DNA of 64,000 nt, from NCBI RefSeq assembly GCF_009914755.1, contig NC_060936.1. One strand, given 5' to 3'. This DNA comes from the human T2T-CHM13v2.0 reference genome, Homo sapiens. This document shows, piece after piece, positions 59,206 through 64,000 of this stretch (within the stretch, counting starts at the first letter, position 1; each line of letters opens with the position of its first letter). The position numbers were made by a program, and so were the translations under genes. The notes below the pieces were generated by a model. It searched no databases, was not told the origin of the DNA, and saw only the letters and a list, made by a program, of their open reading frames with translations.

Positions 59206-59514
59206 ACATGACTCTGAGTGTACCTCATCCATCTCTTCCTATACCCTCCCTGTGTATGCATTAGCAGCTAATTTCTTTGGCCTGTGTAATTTTTCTGGAA
59301 ATAGGAATAGGAAACACTAAATCAATGTTTATTTCAAGAATCTGTTTGATTGGCATATATGTTTTATTTCCTGGGATTTTTCATGTCATTTACTGGGTAT
59401 CCATGCTGGCTGTCAGTTTTTTTCCACTTTTCCTCACATAAGTGTTCAGGGGCAGTACCTAAATTCTTATCCCGACTTTATCTTTTCCTGTTTCCCTTTT
59501 TGAAATCCTGAGGG

Positions 59515-59839
59515 TTTTTTTTTGTTTTTGTTTTTGTCTGTTTTAATTGTTATTTTAGACTTGGGGATACATGTGAAAGTTTGTTACATAGATGAGCACG
59601 TGTTGTTGGGGGTTGTTGTACATATTGTTACATCACCAAGATATTAAGTTCAGTACCCAGTACTTATTTTTTCTGCTCCTCTCTCTCCTCCTCCCCTCCT
59701 CCTCAGGTACACTTCAGTGTCTGTTGTTTCCTTCTTTGCATTCATAAGTTCTTATCATTTAGCTCCCACTTCTAAGTGAGAGCATGCAGTATTTGGTTGT
59801 CTGTTCCTGCATTAGTTTGCTAAGGATGATAACCTCCAG
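59515..59839 (-). mobile_element. Old L1P 3' end
   Basis: ggggatacatgtgaaagtttgttacat...tttagctcccacttctaagtgagagcatgcagtatttgg. Confidence 0.9.
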
Positions 59840-62244
59840 AAATCTTTTGTATATGAATTGGACAAGAAGTTTTATTTAACATGTGAGTGTACAATAAAAA
59901 AGTACTAGTTTATAAATGATTTTTAGATAAACCTTGTAGAGTTTGGGGAAACACTGAGAACCATATACATATATATATATTTTTCCTCTCTGGTAGTTGT
60001 AACTTCATGGAGAGCTAATATTTTGGGGGGTTAAAATCTCCCAATTAAAATACTATTAGCTCTACATATGCAAACATTTTGTAGGCATCATATCTCGGTA
60101 TCCAACATGAAATCTAAAAATAGTATTGATATGCACAAACATGAAACTGCCTGGGAAACATCTGCAGCTGAGACTTTCCATTTGCTTGAACAACAATAAA
60201 AATAAATATATAGAAGAATGTTTCTATTTACCAGTATGTAGATATCCACCTGTAGGGTGACCAGAAAATATTCACAATTGTCTTTCCGGTAGAGGGAAAA
60301 CATTCATAGTATGCTCACTGAGGGAGAAACTGGCAGGTAGTGCAAAAAAAAAAAAAATCATAGAAGTGAATAGACATTCTAAAAATTGAGAAGCAATTTT
60401 CAGGAAAAACACAGGTACTGTAAATCAAAGTGACAAAGAAAAAAATTGCATAGTTTCTGCATTACTTTTAAAATAGAAAATGTTTCTGAATTAACCACAG
60501 AAATGATCCTACACAGAGCAAGAATGCAAGAGCAGGAAGATTTAATAAAAAATGTATCTGTAAAGATGGATCGGCTGCTGAGACAGATATTGATCTAGAC
60601 TGGCTTATGAGAGTCTCCGTTAAACCATTTCTTCTCTAAGCAATAGAGTTTTAAGGAGCAGGCATTGGAAAGACTCGCAGGAGTCATCTGAGGTAGCTCC
60701 ATGACTTCAAGAGGCTGATGACTCAGTTATTCAAAATAGAGTGCAGCCATCCTCCAATTATAGATGTCCATGGATGGAAGCATCCCAGGCTCTCTTCCCT
60801 GATGATCTCATCACATTAGTAGACAAGAAGTTCTTCCTGTATCTCTAGTCCATGGGTCCATGGTGAGTCTAGGGTCTGTGTGCAAATCATGAGTGATGTG
60901 TGTCTGTCACCATGAGCGGGTGTTCAGTGAGTCCTGTAGATGTTCAAATTGTAGTTGGAAGGTGAAGTTGGTAACACTTGATTTTCTTTTTCAATTCCAA
61001 TGAAGCCAGGAGACCCAAGACATTTGCTGTAAACAGATTATTTAAAAAGATGACTAGCGCTTGTAGTCAGAGCTCCTCTGCTAGCCAGGGTACAGCTCCA
61101 CGGTTTCTGCAGTGTTCCCTGGGGAGACAGCCCCACGTGGCAGAGAGAAGTACATGCTAATTGAGATATAATTATTCAAATGAAACCTGCTGCCTCTCAA
61201 AGTTACTTTCCATGGTCTCTCCTTTTTAATGCTTGACATTTGGCCCAGGCATAATGAGAATTCATTTCTGAAACCAGATCCTCAAAACCCCATTACAGGA
61301 TGAGTCATACACCGTCAGCCAGGACAGATCCCTCTGGAAACGGGGACTTTGTAGAATTTGGGGGTTGGATGGGGAGAGCTTGCCTGGTGGGTGGGAGAGA
61401 AAATGGATATCACCTTAGTGATGAAAAACCCAATTAAGGCAGCCTGAAGTATAACAGTTCCCATGGCGAGAGGGCTCAGTGTGGTACAGGAAGCAAACTC
61501 AGTACGATGATGTGGCAGAAGTTCTCATCCAAGCTGGAAACTGCACCACTTTTTCAAAGAGAGCTCTGTCAAGAGAACATCTAGAGATGACAGAAGTGCT
61601 CACTGAGAGTCTCTCCCGTGCAGTCACCGATTTTCCTTGTGCCAGAACTTTTTCAGCTCCTCGTCAAAAACTCAACAAAAGGCTGCAGTTCATTGGATTG
61701 TGATTCTTCATTTTTTCTCAGGTTTGCCATTGACTTTCATCAGGTTAATATAATTTTATTAATGTCTTTTCTTCTCTAAATGTTTCTTGCCAATTAGAAA
61801 CCATGGGTTATATTTACCCTTGTTTTCCTCAAACAGAATATGTATTGCACTCCGAAGAACATAAACCAATATGGAAAAATGAACATGAATTATTAGATTC
61901 TGAGATGCAGCTTTTTGGTGGGTCCTAAGATATTTGCCTGAATCAAGTAGGATCTTAGTGGATGAGGTATCCAAACTTTTGATCTGGAAAAACAATTTCA
62001 TCCAAAATCTGGCATAAAGTCCCTTCCTTTTCTCCAGGATGCAGTGGTTCAGATCTTGAGGCAGATACTAGAACTCCTGACATCATCTCAGAATTCTTTC
62101 ATTTGCAAATGCTTCAGGTACAGAAGTCCAAATGCTTATTGAAGCATTTACAAAATGCTTTGGGTGCAGAAGTCCAAATGCTTCAATAAGACCATGCAGC
62201 TTAAAAGATTTGAGTATGTGAGATGTCAGTTCCTGTGCTCTAGA

Positions 62245-62465
62245 TCAGTGGTCCCTAATCTTTTGGGAACCAGACAACTTTTCCATGGACTTGGGGGATT
62301 CTGGATTCGATGCATTCCCATCTATGTGTTTTGCTTCTGTTGTCTGTACTTTTAGAGTCCTATTCAAAAAATCATTGCCCAGGCCCATGTAAAGAACTTT
62401 GTTGACTATACTTCAATAAAGATGGGAATAAAATAAAACACAATACAATAAATAAAATAAACTAA
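62245..62465. mobile_element. Cluster of small MER1-like and L1 fragments
   Basis: cagtggtccctaatcttttgggaaccag; aaaatcattgcccaggcccatgt; tatacttcaataaag. Confidence 0.55.
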
Positions 62466-63839
62466 GAAGAAGAAGAAACAAATAAAAAATGCAGGCTGGA
62501 CCCATCAGGGTTAACCAAGTCCATTAGCAGTAGGGAGAATAATTGCATCCCATCTCGACACGCATTCAAACTATCCTTTTCTCTTCATTTAATAGCCTCA
62601 GTCCTCCCCTTCTCTGTCTGTGTAAGCATAGCATATGTGCCTTCCCATCTAAACAGCCATTTCCCCAGTTAAAACCACACTTGACTAATATAACACATAT
62701 TCTCTACTTTACAAAGAGTACTAATTTAAAAGGATAGTGGAACATTATGCTAAAATATTGACTATAGAGTTCCATTTATGTAATGGATACAGCATACTGA
62801 AACACTAAAATGTATATTGGAACAAGGATGCTTTCAAGTAAAAGCATGCAAAGGTGTAGATTTTAAACGCACGGCCATCGAACTCTGAAATATTTAAATG
62901 AAAGGGGAGGAGGCATTTCGAGAGGACAAGGTAAAATGCACTGCATTTAAATATCTGGCCCACGTTTGGGATGGTTGCTGGTATCATTGGCATGTTCTAG
63001 TCTCTCTGTTTTCCTTGTGATTTTATTTTTCCTGGACTTACTTCAGCAGTGAAAAGAGTTCATATTCCAGCATAAAGACATCTTTCCACCACAGGGTGTC
63101 ATATATTGAAACATGAAAATAAACAGTGAAACATTCTTCAATTCGGGGTGCAATTATTTTATTACACACACTTATCTCAGCATTGTAATTTTAGCCATTC
63201 ACAAGCACATTATGATATGGGACAGAGCCCCTGTCCTTGTCCTCTTTTCCCAAACTTAGGACTTGGTAGAAAGGATCAGAGTCCACATTTAGGCATTCAG
63301 ATGGAAAGAAACGGTTCATTCTGTTGCATGTGCTGGTTGCCTTACTAGGTTTCATGCATTCTTCCAGGTTTCTCTGTGGGGTTACATACACCAAGTAGAA
63401 CTATGTAAAAAATAGAGGCGGCCTCAGTGGTTGCATGCAGGCTTTCGGAGGTGAATAAGCTGATCCTGCACTTCTAGTTACCCAGCTGCTTGGTGTGCGG
63501 GTGGTAGCAAACATCTCTATGATTTGGCAATGTTTCCATCCAAATAATTTGAAGTTGATGATTTTTAATAAATCTGAAAAGATAAATATGAACTTAAAAG
63601 TGTTAAAAGCATGTAGAAATTTTACCTTCAAGAGGCATTTTATTTATTCTCATAGTAGCCAGCCAAATGGTATTTGCAGATGCATATCCCATAGTGTTAA
63701 AGAAAGGAAGAGGTAGAGTATTTCTTATACCCCAGCTCAGGGGCCAAACCAGACTGAAACTCAGAGCCAAAGTTAATATTCCATGTCTACTTGATGGTTA
63801 TCCCTGTTCCACTATTGGGCTGTATTTGTTCATGGCTTA

Positions 63840-63851
63840 GATGTGTGTATG

Positions 63852-63892
<41 letters not shown>

Positions 63893-64000
63893 TTATGTGG
63901 GTGTCTATGTATGTGTGTATATATGGTGTGTATGTGTGTATGTCTTGGATGTTTGCATATGGTAACTGTATGTGTACTGTGTGTGTGTGTGGTTGTATGT
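63840..64000. repeat. (TG)n / TGTA-rich microsatellite
   Basis: Directly visible. Confidence 0.95.

Overview
Repeat-dense catarrhine-primate DNA (Alu, L1PA/L1M, MIR/L2, MaLR and ERV LTRs, DNA transposons). I found no intact protein-coding gene, CRISPR array or prokaryote-type system. Two structures dominate. (1) An unprocessed TMEM132B-like pseudogene on the + strand: a decayed exon 6 (39084-39288), no recognisable exon 7, a nearly pristine exon 8 (56029-56220), and a decayed last exon (57720-58511) that has lost its transmembrane segment and carries a MER2/Tigger insertion. The mismatch in decay between exon 8 and its neighbours is the most interesting signal and suggests recent gene conversion or copying from the parent gene. 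(2) A ~7.8 kb defective ERV9/LTR12-type provirus (42235-50040) with a tRNA-Pro primer-binding site, inserted in an Alu that a second LTR had also hit. Smaller items are a Y1 RNA retrocopy, an old local duplication, two short templated copies and tandem GAS sites beside exon 8. Repeat family names, exon numbering and TMEM132B comparisons come from my recollection of consensus and protein sequences, not from a database search. Boundaries without a quoted TSD are approximate.
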